This document shows, one piece after another, positions 11,902 to 26,149 of a stretch of 64,000 nucleotides of DNA. A model generated the notes under the pieces. It searched no databases and was not told where the DNA came from. It saw only the letters and a list, made by a program, of their open reading frames with translations. The DNA lies in contig OX597818.1 of the NCBI GenBank assembly GCA_951406725.2, positions 57,784,001 through 57,848,000 on the forward strand. The letters are read 5' to 3'. Each line of letters starts with the position of its first letter. The first letter of the stretch is position 1. The position numbers and the translations under genes were made by a program. This DNA comes from Octopus vulgaris. Taxonomy: Eukaryota.

Positions 11902-12120
11902 CGTTTGTGTGTCTGTGTTTGTCCCCCTAGCATTGTTTGACAACCGATGCTGGTGTGTTTTACGTCCCCGTCACCTAGCGGTTCGGCAAAAGAGACCGAT
12001 AGAATAAGTACTGGGCTTACAAAGAATAAGTCCCGGGGTCGATTTGCTCGACTAAAGGCGGTGCTCCAGCATGGCCACAGTCAAATGACTGAAACAAGTA
12101 AAAGAGTAAAAGAGTAAAGA
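11667..12120 (+). mobile_element. SINE family A, near-consensus
   Basis: Full body with (gtaaaaga)n tail; possible short TSD agacc. Confidence 0.9.
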
Positions 12121-12366
12121 GACCACCAATCGCATCTGCTTTTCGTACAGTTAACCCCATTTACATATTTTATAAACAAAATTTACCTGACATGACTCTT
12201 TCATTTCGAATTACTCCACATAAAGGAGTTTGCTATATCCAGTTATCACGCTAAATTCTGGAAGCGAGGACATCTGTCATGATCCGAATTCTCTAACTTT
12301 ATAATTACCAAGCTGCTCGTTCTTGAATTTCAGAGATGGCCCATACGCCATATATTTTATAGAGAA

Positions 12367-12767
12367 CTAGCAGTATCGCCCGGCGTTGCTCGGGTTTGTA
12401 AGGGAAATAACTATATAAGCATTTTTAGAGATGTAAAGTATAATAGCCATCTCAATATGGCTAACCACAAAGGGGGGGGGGGGTTACTGTAGCTTTTTAC
12501 GTTCTGAGATTTAATAATACATTTTTAGAGAGTTACTTCCCTTATATAATAGCGAAACAATGCATTAAAAATGGGAAAAAATTATGGTAAATATTTTTAA
12601 AATCGTAGACTCATCGTAGAAGCGCGCTAATACCAAGAAGAGCTCGATATGAATCACGACTATAAGATACCCGGTTTTGGTTAAACTGCACCGCAAAATG
12701 TGGGAGTAGTTAGGAATCTAAATCGTAGGAGACAGACAGCACACAACCTTACTTTTATATATAAAGA
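12367..12767 (-). mobile_element. Non-autonomous Helitron
   Basis: Minus strand A|TCTTTATATAT...CCCGAGCAACGCCGGGCGATACTGCTAG|T: 5' TC, subterminal GC hairpin, 3' CTAG, AT target, no TSD. Confidence 0.85.
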
Positions 12768-14743
12768 TACCGGAGGCTGCAGCTGCACCGGTAATCTATG
12801 TGATAAAACTATAGAAATGACTATACTTTTTTCGTAGATGCACATAATAGTTTGACGGGTACAGAATACTCTACAGTTTGCGCTTGCTGGCCTCCTGGAC
12901 TACCGGCGGTATACACCCAATGCAGTGGAATAATATGATTCGCCATAATCTTAAATAACAGCACACACCGATCCTACAGAGTATCATTTTATTTAAAACC
13001 TGTTGACGCTTAGTCTCTGGTGGTTTGCTTTCCTCAGTGCAATGCACTAAATATCAATTTACCTGTCATTGATGCACTTCCGCTTCAAATCTTCCTTCCA
13101 GACTGTTGCTACTGCTACTTCAAGAAACAAACATTAGTCATAGCTTATGGTTGATATATTTGTTATAATCTTGTTAAAGATTGCGGCTTCTTGTTTGTTT
13201 CCTCCTTTTTGTCCTATAATGTGTACAGTTCGTTTACTACAACCGCTTAAGCTTTGGATACCGTTTACGGAATCCCCTTCGGTGCAAGTAATAAAATCGA
13301 TGTGTCCTGTCATAGAAAATCTCCTTCCTTTATAACAACTAGACTTATAGGCACTGGTAAGGGGGCCAAAACCCGTGTTGCTAGAAGCAGTTTCACATCG
13401 ATTGTTGTTCGTGGCATCCAATTTGTTGCAAGGAATCAAACTTGATCCGCGTTTGGAGAATACCACTTCTTTATTCCTGCATTTCTCATAGTTTTCTGAA
13501 AAGAGTCTCGGAGGCTTATCTTACATTCTTTTGCGAACTATCTCATTTAACAAAGATCAAAAATTTAGATGCTGCTTTCGCAGCACATGCACCGACGTGG
13601 TGGAATCGCAACACAAATACATACGAATTTATTTAAATCACCCCCTAATTCGTGTGCCTCTAATTATTTAACTCCTCATTGACACAACTTTGCATTACAC
13701 CAGCAAAATTATTGTTTGCCGTTTGAATAGCGGAAAGCAGTTATTTGTACACTATGAACTATCGATTTTTTGTCTGTAGCTGATGGAGGGTCAAACAAAT
13801 GAACACGGGTCCTGTAGCCTGCTTTCGTCATTTATAGCACCGAGTGATCTTTTTCACACGAGTCAAATGTAACTTTTCATTAGCTTTATTTTAAACACCT
13901 ATAATTAGTCTACATCTCATTAATTAACTCTACTAACATTGTCCATTGAATCTAATATGTGATATAGGTTCAGGCTTTAATACATTCGTTTCAATAGCGG
14001 CAGATTGCCAACTATGAAATGTAGGGTATAGAATTGTAAACGGATTTCATTCAGCACATTCGCAGAGCGCTTGCTGCAAGTCGTGTGTTGTTTTTAATTG
14101 GTCCATGTTCATGCAGATGTTAAGCCAAGTTATTTTCAGAGAATTCATGAAAGTATTAATCATCGAAATAAAAAGTTAATATGGTTAACGTATTTAGAAA
14201 CACCGATCACACATGTCTATTCAATTACAAGCACACGATATACACACTTGCACAAAACTCGTGTATGTTATTCTCTGAATAATTTAGATTTTAAGAACAA
14301 AATTTAATAGTAGATGTAAGAACAAACTACATAATTTTCAAACAAATTTCCAAAGGTATATACACACATATTTACACAGGCAAACAAATAGATGCACACA
14401 TACACACACATCAAATATACAGCACGGTGTCTGGTTAGTGTAGGCTTGCATACGCATACATCTACAGAAGAAGATATACACTCTCTCAATGCAGCAGGTG
14501 ACGAGGTGTGAAAAATTTCCTGAGACTGTTACTACATATAATGTTCGCCATAAGTAATTATAATAATAATGCTCTGTGTTAGTAAACAGGTGCAACTAAT
14601 AAGTATACGAAAGAAGAAATTAAAGTTTGAAGTAGTATGAGATAATTGCACAAACTTACAGAAATATCCTGAATCAATAGATGATATCATTTATTCATAT
14701 AGCACCGCGTATTGTGTTATAGTTTCATAAAAATCATAAGATC

Positions 14744-14934
14744 TTTATTTACATTATTTACATTATTTACATTTGACGAATATTTGTACTCATCTTGTTT
14801 GTTGTTAACACAACGTTTCGGCTGATATAACCTCCAGCCTTCATCAGGTGCCTTGGGGGGAATTTCGAACCTGTGTAGGGGTTAAGAGCGCGGGCTACAA
14901 ACCCCAAGATTCCGAGTTCGATTCCAGGCAGTGA

Positions 14935-15018
<84 letters not shown>

Positions 15019-15032
15019 TAACAATAACAATA

Positions 15033-15063
<31 letters not shown>

Positions 15064-15064
15064 C

Positions 15065-15096
<32 letters not shown>

Positions 15097-15276
15097 CAAC
15101 AACAACATCGCAAAATACTTCAGGAATGAAAACCCAGGTTCGAAATTTCCCTAAGACACCTGATGAAGGCAGGAGGCTATATCAGCAACAAACAAGATTT
15201 AGTACAAATATCCGTCAAATGTAAATAATGTAAGTAATGTAAATAATTCTTCATCTCTTAAATATAGAACTGTATT
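14744..15276 (+). mobile_element. tRNA-headed, hammerhead-containing SINE-like element with inverted partial copy
   Basis: TSD atcataagatc at 14733-14743 and 15277-15287. Inverted copy 14744-14873; tRNA-like head 14873-14938 (B box GAGTTCGATTC 14914-14924); (AAT)n 14939-15104; body 15105-15276 with (aatgtaaat)n-like repeats. Confidence 0.75.
14807..14852 (-). ncRNA. Minimal type-I hammerhead ribozyme-like motif
   Basis: ggcac-CTGATGA-a-GGCTG gaggttatat CAGCC-GAAAC-GTT-gtgtt. Stem I 5 bp with two G.U pairs, stem II 5 bp, palindromic AACGTT at stem III. Confidence 0.7.
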
Positions 15277-15718
15277 ATCATAAGATCATATTCATCAGAG
15301 TCACTATCGTAAACAGCCATATATTTTTCTTAGCTGATTCATGATGCTTTTAAAATTCAGATAAGGTTGAATACTTTCCCTTTTCGTATTCCTCAATAAT
15401 ATTTTATGCGCGTTCTTCGGGCAAGTTTAAGTAAACAGTTATTGTTGTGTAGACGACCCCAGACGATGAAGTAGACTAGCCCAATACGTAGATATAGAGG
15501 GAGAAATCTAGCAGTCGTAGACTAGTCAGAAGAGAACAGTGTAGTAAGAGTATGTGTTTTATGTTATGCTTAATAATATCGGAAAATAGAAGAACAATTT
15601 TAGAGAACATATAACGGTTCAAATAATTGTAAAGGTAGAGGATAATTAATTGTTTGTGAAATATATGATACAAACGGACAGTTTAAAAAAGATTAATGTT
15701 AATGAATATGATGAGGGG

Positions 15719-15950
15719 AAGGCGGCGAGCTGGCAGAATCGTTAGCACGCAGGGCGAAACGCTTAGTAGCATTTCGTCTGCCGTTACGTTGTGAGTTCAA
15801 ATTCCGCCGAGGTCGACTTACCCCTTCATCCTTTCGGGGTCGATAAATTAAGTACCAGTTACGCACTTGGGTCGATATAATCGACTTAATCCGTTTGTCT
15901 GTCCTTGTTTGTCCTCTCTGTGTTTAGCCCCTTGTGGGTAGTAAAGAAAT
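15719..15950 (+). mobile_element. SINE family B monomer (extra tail fragment 16050-16108)
   Basis: Head aaggcggcgagctggcagaatcgttagc, B box GAGTTCAAATTC, central gtcgact...catcctttcggggtcgataaattaagtacc resembling the Meta/MESC SINE domain (recalled). Confidence 0.9.
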
Positions 15951-17424
15951 GCGTAATGCATGTGAGGTGGGGCGCATGCAGCCATTCATAACCCCATTAT
16001 TGTGTAATCATCTCATCATATTCGTTCTATGTATTGTCCCCTCTGTGGTGTCCTGTCTGTCCTTGTTTGTCCCCCTCTATGTTTGGGCCCTTGTGGCTAA
16101 TAAAGAAACCGAGGACAGTGGAGTAGCAGTCGTAGAGCAGTAGGAATCGAGTCGAATAGAAGGCATCCGAACGTGCGACATAACAGCTATCTTCTTACTG
16201 TCATCGTTGTCATTTGAGAAATTAAATGGTAAAATATAATACATTTTTAGTTAAAAAAAACATGAATTGATATGTACGGTATAAGTACACCATTATCTAT
16301 CATAATGGGAATGAAGTAATCAAAGCAACACAATAGAATTAATGGATTAATATATAATCTACTTATAAACTGCTTTATTATACATTTTGCCTGGTTTGTT
16401 AACCGCGTTTGTTGACAAACATATTAATTACAACTTTATTATCTCCCCAGAATTACTGCAGGCAATCTAAGTAGAATATTCCAGATGAAACTTAAGAATG
16501 GCGAATATGATTAAATCCCTTATCATTAATTAAATAGCGTAGAAATAAAGTAGACTAAATGCATATCACTCGGAATAGGATATTTCACAGAAATAATTGT
16601 TGATTTCTCCTTTTTCGCTGTTCGAATATTTTTTGGCAAATCATCATTTTCCAGAATGGTACACTGTAGAGTTTTCTCTAAATAGAGGAACACTCCTATT
16701 TTGTTACGAGACTGTATTATTATTATTATTACTGGTCGGAATTTATATCTTTATAAATATCAGAATTGAAACATCAGTAGAAAACTTTTCTATCTTTCAT
16801 CTTTCCGACAGAGTGACGAAACAGCAGAAGCTATAATTAAGGACTGATATTAAATACAAAGATTGTTCTTGGAATTGATTTTGCTTTTACGATTTGAGGA
16901 AGGCCAATATTTTGAGATAATAGATAGGTGTTGGAAATGCTACGTAACTGGATTTCCACTATTATCAACTACACTGGACTTCCTTAACAGCATCTCTAAC
17001 TTTGATACTAAATAACGAACTATTTTAAAATATATAAAAGTAGGATGCTGGTGAGATACCATTAAATTATGTTCTAGCTTTGAAAATAAAACACCATTAT
17101 TAGATATAATGGTATGCCAGTGTGAAGTTATATTTCAGGATCTTTCAACAGGAAAGAACGAATTTTCTCTGTGACAAATATTTTAGTCACTGATTAACTA
17201 CATACCTCATTAAGTTTTGCGTATAAGTGAGACAATGTCTTCCCACGTTATATATAACATGTCTACCATAAGGGCCTCTCCCTTTAATTCTGAACTAAAA
17301 GTTATGAAAATTATCATTTTTGCTCTAAAGTCTAACGATATAATTATGAATTCTCTTTTACATCTGCTGTTTGCAGCAATAAGCAATACCGTGTGGTTGT
17401 AACGGCATGTATTTGTTGAGTAGG

Positions 17425-17425
<1 letters not shown>

Positions 17426-17471
<46 letters not shown>

Positions 17472-17498
17472 GTCATCATCATCGTCATTGTCATCATT
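17426..17498. repeat. (CAT)n microsatellite
   Basis: Direct reading. Confidence 0.95.
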
Positions 17499-18108
17499 CT
17501 TATTGTCTCTTGTAGCGATTTTAAGTTGGTATGTGCTTTTATGTTGATACGTTGTACCTCCAAGGCGTTTGCCCTTTTAAATTTTCCCTAGTATAGTGCG
17601 TTTCAGCAGACACCTGTTCACAAAATACTATCAATAGCGCCGGGAGCTTTAAAGGAAAGGGGTGATAAGAGATATCGTTGGTGTAGTTGCCCAGACTTGT
17701 GCCTCGGTGGGTAACTTTCTAGGTGCAATTCCATGGTCATTCATGACCGAAAGGGTCACAACAACAACACAGCAAATCTGTCGATTGAAATTTTCCATTG
17801 TCGAGCACTTCAGAATGAAGCGAAAGCAAGACATATTGGCTTTCGTATATAAAAGGAGATTTATGATTATTTGAAAGCCGCAGATGTTTCAAGCGTAATT
17901 GTCCTGAAGGTTATCCACTCCTAAAAATGTATTTCAAATAAATGATTAGCACACATATATTCCAATTTACTAATCATGTTAATGTATGAGACTCGCATCA
18001 ATGTCAATGGTGTGTAGGTAAACTTATGATGGAAATGATATCGTCTTTCATTTAATTTCAACGAACAGAAAATCTATCATTTTCCGAGCAGATAACATAT
18101 GTCCGTTT

Positions 18109-18567
<459 letters not shown>

Positions 18568-18748
18568 AATTGAGATAGGGGTTATAAATGCAACCCTCCA
18601 TGGGATAACATACATCCAATATACTGCTAATGAAATACCCAACAAAGTTAATACATAAATGTTAAGAATTGCGATGCAATTAATTTATTTACTGTATTAT
18701 ATGGGCAAAGGTAAAATGTTTTACCACAAATTCATAATACAAAATAAT

Positions 18749-18796
<48 letters not shown>

Positions 18797-19428
18797 TATA
18801 TACATCTATATGTGTGTGTGTGTACACACATACCTACATACATATGAACATATATATATACATGTGCATATTATTTTATTATTTTACTTGTTTATAAAAC
18901 TCCAATCCCGCTGTCCCCTACCCATCTCTCCTCCTTCCACGTGACCGTTGTCCGGCCAGCTATGATCTTTCTTTCTTGGCCTGATTGCAACCGTCAACAC
19001 GTATTGTGTCAATCTCTCATGTCCTGCCTTTAGGTTTTCACTTTTTACACACCAGCTTAATTTCATTCGTTCTCAGTCGAAAGACGCCTGTTGTTATCTC
19101 TGGTTGTATTCGTAATTTTGTACCATGTCCGCCGTTTGTTTATTCGTTTTTTATGTGTTTGTTGCCGTGCATATTCGCTAGCTTTCTTAAAAAGGGGGCT
19201 AATGCACTTAGCATAGACGTTTTTGGGGACAACCAGATCGAACCATCTCAATTGTAACTGTCCGAAATGGTCGTGACTTCTGGTACTTGACTGATGAAAG
19301 AAAGTCAAGAATGACCCGTCTTTGTTTGCCTGTCCTTCTAATTGTTGTTTCTCTTGTCCGCCTTTGTATCGTCTATCTGTCCCTACGTTTTAATGCTCTC
19401 TATTCCGTTTTTGTTCCATTTACACACA

Positions 19429-19509
<81 letters not shown>

Positions 19510-21256
19510 CACGTGATCACGTGACCGACCAGACCATCAGATGTTGCTACACCTCAGAGACTACCGTCTTGTTGCGATTAGCGCCATCTGATTTGTAAAC
19601 ATGTAACCCTCTGCACTTGAGACTTTGTGTCTGTGTGTGTACGAGTGTGTGTGTACGCGCGCGAGCGTGTGTGCTTGCTTCTGTGTATGTGTGTGTGTGT
19701 GTGTGTATGTGTGTGTGTTTGTGTATGTGTGTGTGTGTGTATGGTTTTCAATTTGAGATGTGAAGTGCGATATTTCGCACGGAATAAACTGATTTGATTA
19801 ATGTATTATTTGTTGTGTCCTAGTATCAGATATGAGTAACACAACTGCTAAATATAGAAATAAGGAAAATGAATATACAAATGCCTGCTAAGAAACAATG
19901 ATTATACAAAATTATAAGGGAAAACATAATATTAGATTTTGTATTTGAATTCAAAAATTCCAAAGTATAAATTGTAAATTCGATAATAATGTATATGTAT
20001 TCATATACATGTATATCACGCGAGGAGATGCTGGTGACTTGGTTAAATTTTAAGCCAAAGAAACTGAGATTGTTGACACAGTCAGTTTTTAAATGTTTTC
20101 AATAAAGAGAAGCTTATATAAGTAAGGATTTAAAATCCACCTAGAAACAGATTAAGAAAACGAATGACGGTAAGCCGTTATGTAACGATACGTGCTTTAT
20201 TATGAAATTAAGTGATTGCTATTATCAAAACGATCCAGTAATAGAGATTTTGTTCGATAGATTTCGTTTTCAGTTACAAGTAATTTATTACGAGATTTTT
20301 ATATAATTTTCTTTGAAAATGGGTTGAATGAAACTCAATTTATTAAGCTATGGAAATCGCGGAAGCCACTGTTTCTAAAAGAATCAAGGCAATACATTTT
20401 TTATATGTAAATGTGATTCCTGGATTGTAGCTTGACTTCTGGAGCTTGTCTGCGCTAGAAAGTCCAAAGGAGTATGAATCAAAAACAAATAAGGAATATG
20501 ATGGCACATTCCAGGCTAAACAACTGAAGGATATTATTAATTATTTATTCAATTTACATAACACCCGAGAAAAGTAAAGCGTGGGAAACTAATAGCGTCA
20601 TTTAATGCGACAAAACGTAAAGTAGAACAAACAGGAGAGAAATGAAAGCCAGTGATCCATAAAGAATAAAGAAATCATATTGGAAAAGCGAGAACGAGAT
20701 ATTGAATTGTGGAAGGATTCAACAGTAAAAATAAATTGGAAGAAGCGACTAGAAAACAAGGGAAGAATGAAAATCTAGAAAAGAGTATAAAGCATGAACG
20801 AAAAAAATACGTTTATAAGTTGGAAATATCAAAAACAGAAAATGGAATCGCGAAGCACGTTATATAAACGCGAGTTTGTGGACAGGAAGAGTTACTGAAC
20901 AAATAAGACGAAAAAATAAGTAGTAGAAGTATTATGATGAAAGCTAAAGAAATACGTAGGGAAAGTAGTGAAATATTGAAGTGTGGTTGGAAAAAAATAA
21001 TTTTCTGATATTTGTAATAGAAAGTTAATTTGGTGAACGAAATATTCAACCAGGTGTGATTCAAGTGATAGAGATATTGAAATGGGAATAAATTTGCCAA
21101 GCAATGCGTCCACGAAAGATTGGCTTGAAACACGAGGATTGAATAGAAATGGCCAAACATCTGCACATGTATCTGAATTATTCTGTAAATTAGATGAAAC
21201 AGCATACTTTAAAAGCGATAATGCTTTTAAACGTAAGCACGCAGAAATACTGACAA

Positions 21257-21320
<64 letters not shown>

Positions 21321-21348
21321 AACACACACGAAGGCATACACACATGTA

Positions 21349-21660
21349 TATCGGATCATCCCCAAAATATTGTGCTTTTTATACGTTTTTTTATTATTCA
21401 ATTTAAGATAAACAAAGTTCTTTTTTTAATCTAAAATATACTTTTTTCTACAATGATCTTCTATCAATCAGGTCGACATGGATGGCCCCTCACGAAAAAT
21501 TCACTTGTCTGTGACAAAAAATACTCTTCCAGTACTGTTCTGACCTCGTCTACAGAATTCAAATTTTTTTTACGTCCAAATGGTTTTGAAGACTGCGGAA
21601 TAAATGATAATCAGATGGGTTACGTCCGGCGAATATGGTGGATGAGGCATCGTTTCCGAA
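21349..21660 (-). pseudogene. mariner (DD34D) transposase C-terminus plus probable right TIR
   Basis: Minus translation with frameshifts: ETMPHPPYSPD/PSDYHLFRSLQNHLD...NSVDEVRTVLEEYF...YILD*. Confidence 0.8.
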
Positions 21661-21910
21661 GTATTATCTTGATGGAAGTTCACCTTTCGTCTTGAAACCA
21701 AAGACGGTGGGGGTTTTTTTTCTAGTGCTCACTTAAGCCGCTCAAGCATGCGCTGCATAATCTCCTTTGTGATCAATAGGGTTTAACATTCCAAAGTGGA
21801 CTAAAACTTTCATATCCTGCTAAACAAGAATACAACACCTTATGTGGCCGAAGGCCTTCTTTAGTCAGGAGTGTTTTACTGAAACAAGTAAAAGAGTAAA
21901 AGAGTATATA

Positions 21911-22127
21911 CGAAGGGGTGCCGGAAAATACCTGGTTTCGGGTGAAAGAAAGTACAGGATGATCAGTTAATATGATTTTATTCAACATATTCCTTCTTCA
22001 GATTCACACACTCATTGCATCTTTCCGTCACTTTATATAGCACCTTGTAAAATAACTCGGATGTTTGTGCTTCCAACCAGAACTTTCCTGATACCCCTAA
22101 ATGCAAGAACTTTTCAACTCCTTTTCG
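21911..22127. mobile_element. mariner-type MITE
   Basis: ta|cgaaggggtgccggaaaatac ... gaacttttcaactccttttcg|ta: imperfect TIRs with TA TSD. Confidence 0.7.
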
Positions 22128-22230
22128 TATAAACGTACTTTTTCTAGTAAATTCTGTGAATATTCTGCAGCATTATTTTCATAAAAATTCGAAATAGATT
22201 ACGTTGAGATTTATCAATGCAGTGATATAA

Positions 22231-22626
22231 TACTCTTCTACTCTTTTACTTGTTTCAATCATTTGACTGTGGCCATACTGGCGCACCACCTTTAGACGAG
22301 TAAATCGACCCCATGACTTATTCTTTGTAAGCCTAGTACTTATTCTATCGTGCTCTTTTGCCGAATCGCTAAGTTATGGGGACGTAAGTTATGGGGACGT
22401 AAACACACCAGCATCTTGGACGAAAACAGACACACAAACATATACACACATGTACAGATATACGACGGGCTTCTTTCAGTTTCCTTCTACCAAATCCACT
22501 CACAAGGCTTTGGTCGGCCCGAGGCTATAGTAGAAGACACTTGCCCAATGTGCCACGCAGTGGGACTGAACCCGAAACCATGTTGTTCGTAAGTAAGCTA
22601 CTTCCCACACAGTCGATCTTACGCCT
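22231..22626 (-). mobile_element. SINE family A
   Basis: Reverse copy with an internal taagttatggggacg duplication. Confidence 0.85.
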
Positions 22627-23175
22627 AATATTATTCGAAATATAAGGCAAGTTAATCACGATGTGTTAATTGTCGTCCGTTAAATTATTTCTAAATTAGA
22701 TAAATCGGTAATTAATCTTTTGTGATTTAAAAAATCTCATTTGGGATTCACGTCTTAGATTTTATTACCTGAGTTAATAGATTGTTTTTACCATAAATAA
22801 TTGTCAATGTGATATACATTTCTGTCTCTGAAATCTCGAAACAGTGTCTTTTTTCATTTCTCTTTTCTTTTGTTCCTTTTCCTTTTCTTTTTTTCTTTTT
22901 TCTTTTTTTATTTTTCATTTTATTTAATTATTTTTTTTCGTTCTTTTCTTCCCTTTTACGATCCCTCTTGATCGAAAACCTACGCCACCCCACTTTTTTT
23001 TGTTTCTTTTGTTTTTTTTGTTTTTTTCATCCCCCAAAAGAAAAGCTCTACCTTGTAACTTGTCCCATCTGTGTGCAGCCCTGTGTGGCCAATAAAGAAA
23101 CTCATATTGATATTATAATCTATTTTCACGCATTGAAACGACGTAGTTATCTGTTAATTATATTTCAACGACAGA

Positions 23176-23407
23176 AAGGCAGCGAGCTGGCAGAAACGTT
23201 AGCACGCCGAGCGAAATTCTTAGCCGTATTTCGTCTGCCGTTAAGGTTCTGAGTTCAAATTCCGCCGAGGTCGACTTTGCCTTTCATCCTTTCGTAGTCG
23301 ATAAATTAAGTACCAGTTACGCACTAAGGTCGATGTGATCTATTTAATCCCTTTGTCTGTCCTTGTTTGTCCCCTCTGTGTTTAGCCCCTTGTGGGTAAT
23401 AAAGAAA
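23176..23407 (+). mobile_element. SINE family B monomer
   Basis: Aligns to 15719-15950. Confidence 0.9.
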
Positions 23408-24670
23408 CATATATTTCGGTGGTCGTTCTTCTGCAGGTTGAATGTACTATGAGTTAAAAGAAATAATTGAATTTTTTAGCGTAGAATCTAAAGTGTAGGG
23501 CAAAAGATTAAGGAATACAAACATACAAATTTCATACACATAGGCACATGTATATACATAGGCATATATATATATATATATATGTGTGTTTGTGTGTGTG
23601 TGCCTATGTGTATATTAATATGTATACACACAAACACATATACAGACACATATATATACATCTATTCACCAATAAAAGTGACAGCAGAAATGAGAAGTAC
23701 ATGTAGGAGATATGTAAAAGGTGTCTGCTAGCATGTGGAGAGGTTTGTGAAATACAGCTCTGTTCATTGCCGCTACAATGTCACATGACTGGAGATAATT
23801 TTCATGAAGAAACATGTGGACATTAAAGCAACGGCAGTAGGAAAACCACCAGAAGTAGAGATATGATATACCATGTACATGTAGCAAATGGGAACATGCA
23901 GATCTAGTGTAAATGTCAACACCCGCTCAAAAAGCAATTAAATGTATTGTGCAGCAACTTAGATCTACAATACGTAAATGTTTAAAAGCAAAGTCACATT
24001 TTAGCGAGGCTAATGCAAATAAAAGACCCAACATAACCACATTCTGTTTTAAAATTTCACAATAATTTTATTGATGAACATGAGAGGCCATTTGCAATTC
24101 CATAGCACACATGTAGTAAACTTACGTAGGTGAATGCCATTTTCGCATTCACTCAACCTGTACAGCTTATACTCACAGAAACATGTCTATTTAGTATTAA
24201 ATGTTATATACAGTCACATATACAAAAGTAGGTAGTGTTTCATATCATAAAGAAAGCAGGCATGGTAGGCTTGCTATGTTCAGCGCAAATGCATCAAGAC
24301 ATTAATTCTTTTGTCACTTTCCAGTTCCTTTTAAGATGACTAAAAGTAAACATAATGTCGTTAGGATGGGCTAGAAGAGTTAAAAGCTTATTTCATCTTG
24401 CAGAAGATAATATTTATTGTGTATGAATGATACGATGTGATATTAAAATCAGGCGATCTTTTAGGAGTGTCTAATATTTCACTCATCTCTACACAATACA
24501 GTACATTGCAAAAGACAAATCATAAGTGCCAAATTATAAAGATTTTAATGGCTAGGTTGTTAATGTTTGAAGGGAATGAGACCAGGGCTGTGTCATGCCT
24601 AGATTGTGTGCTGTGCGGTAAAGTCGCAAAACACACAATCTTAAATTTGCCGACATATATACCAGTTTAT

Positions 24671-25089
24671 AAGGCGGTGAGCTGGTAGAATCGTTAGCAC
24701 GCCGGGCGAAATGCTTACCGGTATTTCGTTTGCCGTTACGTTCTGAGTTCAAATTCCGCCGAGGTCGACTTTGCCTTTTATCCTTTCGGGTAGGATTAAA
24801 TAAGTACCAGTTACGCACTGCGGTCGATATAATCGACTTAATCTGTTTGTCCTTCCTTGTTTGCCCTCCCTGTGTTTACCCCCTTGTGGGTAGTAAAGAA
24901 ATAGCTATTTCATCTGTCGTTACGTTCTGAGTTCAAATTCCGCCGAGGTCGACTTTGCCTTTCATCCTTTCGGGGTTGATAAATTAAGTACCAGTTACGC
25001 TCTGGGGTCGATATAATCGACTTAATCCCTATGTCTGTTCTTGTTTGTTCCCTCTATGTTTAGCCCCTTGTGGGCAATAAAGAAATAAG
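24671..25089 (+). mobile_element. SINE family B dimer
   Basis: Second unit starts at tatttc (~24906). TSD ataccag(t/c)ttata at 24659-24671 and 25090-25102. Confidence 0.9.
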
Positions 25090-26149
25090 ATACCAGCTTA
25101 TACATCAGACGCAAAGTTCTGCGCCCTTAAAACCAACGCCCGGAGAGAACGGCAACCAATGCCTCTCATCAGCTACGCTGTTGAGCCCTGGGTGTATGCT
25201 CAAAATCATAGATTTCAACTGTGAGTCGAAAATTCAAGAACAACTAGCGGCATCAGATAAGCTGTCCTGCAGAAACTTGTATTACAGATTCATTGATCTG
25301 AGGCTGATTTTCCCATTTTTGTGATGACTGTAGTTAAAAATATTTTGCGAAGACAAATACGTTCCAATTTATGAGATAAGGATCATATACAATGCATATG
25401 TGTTTCATAATATCTTCAAAATTTCCCAAAACCAACGATAAGTTACAGATTTTTTATAAATGATTATTGAAGTCAATAATTGTTTTTCTATGGCTTTTAT
25501 TCTCAGTGGTTTGGTGTGTCAATTAGTGTTGGATTCATTGATGGCGGAATTCTATATCTATACTGAGTCTTTTTTTCTGTAAAATATTCTGACCACGTTT
25601 CATTGTTTCACTAATTATCATAGCGAAGCAAGATTCAATCGTAAACGTGTCCACTATCTTTTCATTGTCCGGAAATGTACTATAAGGAAATAAGTGAGGC
25701 TTTCCTGCCTTGTGTCGCTAAATGATATAACGTCCTGGTCAATAATATAACATAGCGATTATTTTCTCGCTTTCCTTATTAATCCCTAATTTACCTGCCA
25801 TCTTATTTTCAGTTTTCAGTTCGTTATTCTTCCTACATCCTCTAATTTGTTATTCGGTTGACAACGCAATTGATTCTGTGATCATGTCGTGTCTTATCTT
25901 CTATCTCTAAATGTTATATTCTTGGTGTATAGTAATTATATCGATTCATTCATAGACCATTGGGTCATTCTGATCAATGAGATGTTGTAAGCGATCTTAA
26001 TAAACTGTTATTATGCTAACATTCGTGTAATACATATTCTATTGGATTTTACTATGCTATTATTTCCAATGATCAAATCAATTATTGCTTTGTATGTATT
26101 GACCAAGTTGATACAGTTTCTGAGCTTTCTGTTGCCTAATTTTCAAGAA

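Noticed and set aside
13062-13466. 110-aa minus ORF and a possible small exon (NSLEEDLKRKCINDR|gtaaat)
   Set aside because: No recognisable motif, weak acceptor, no partner exons.
19286-19309. cttga-CTGATGA-aa-GAAA-gtcaag as a hammerhead
   Set aside because: No stem II or III; at best a collapsed relic.
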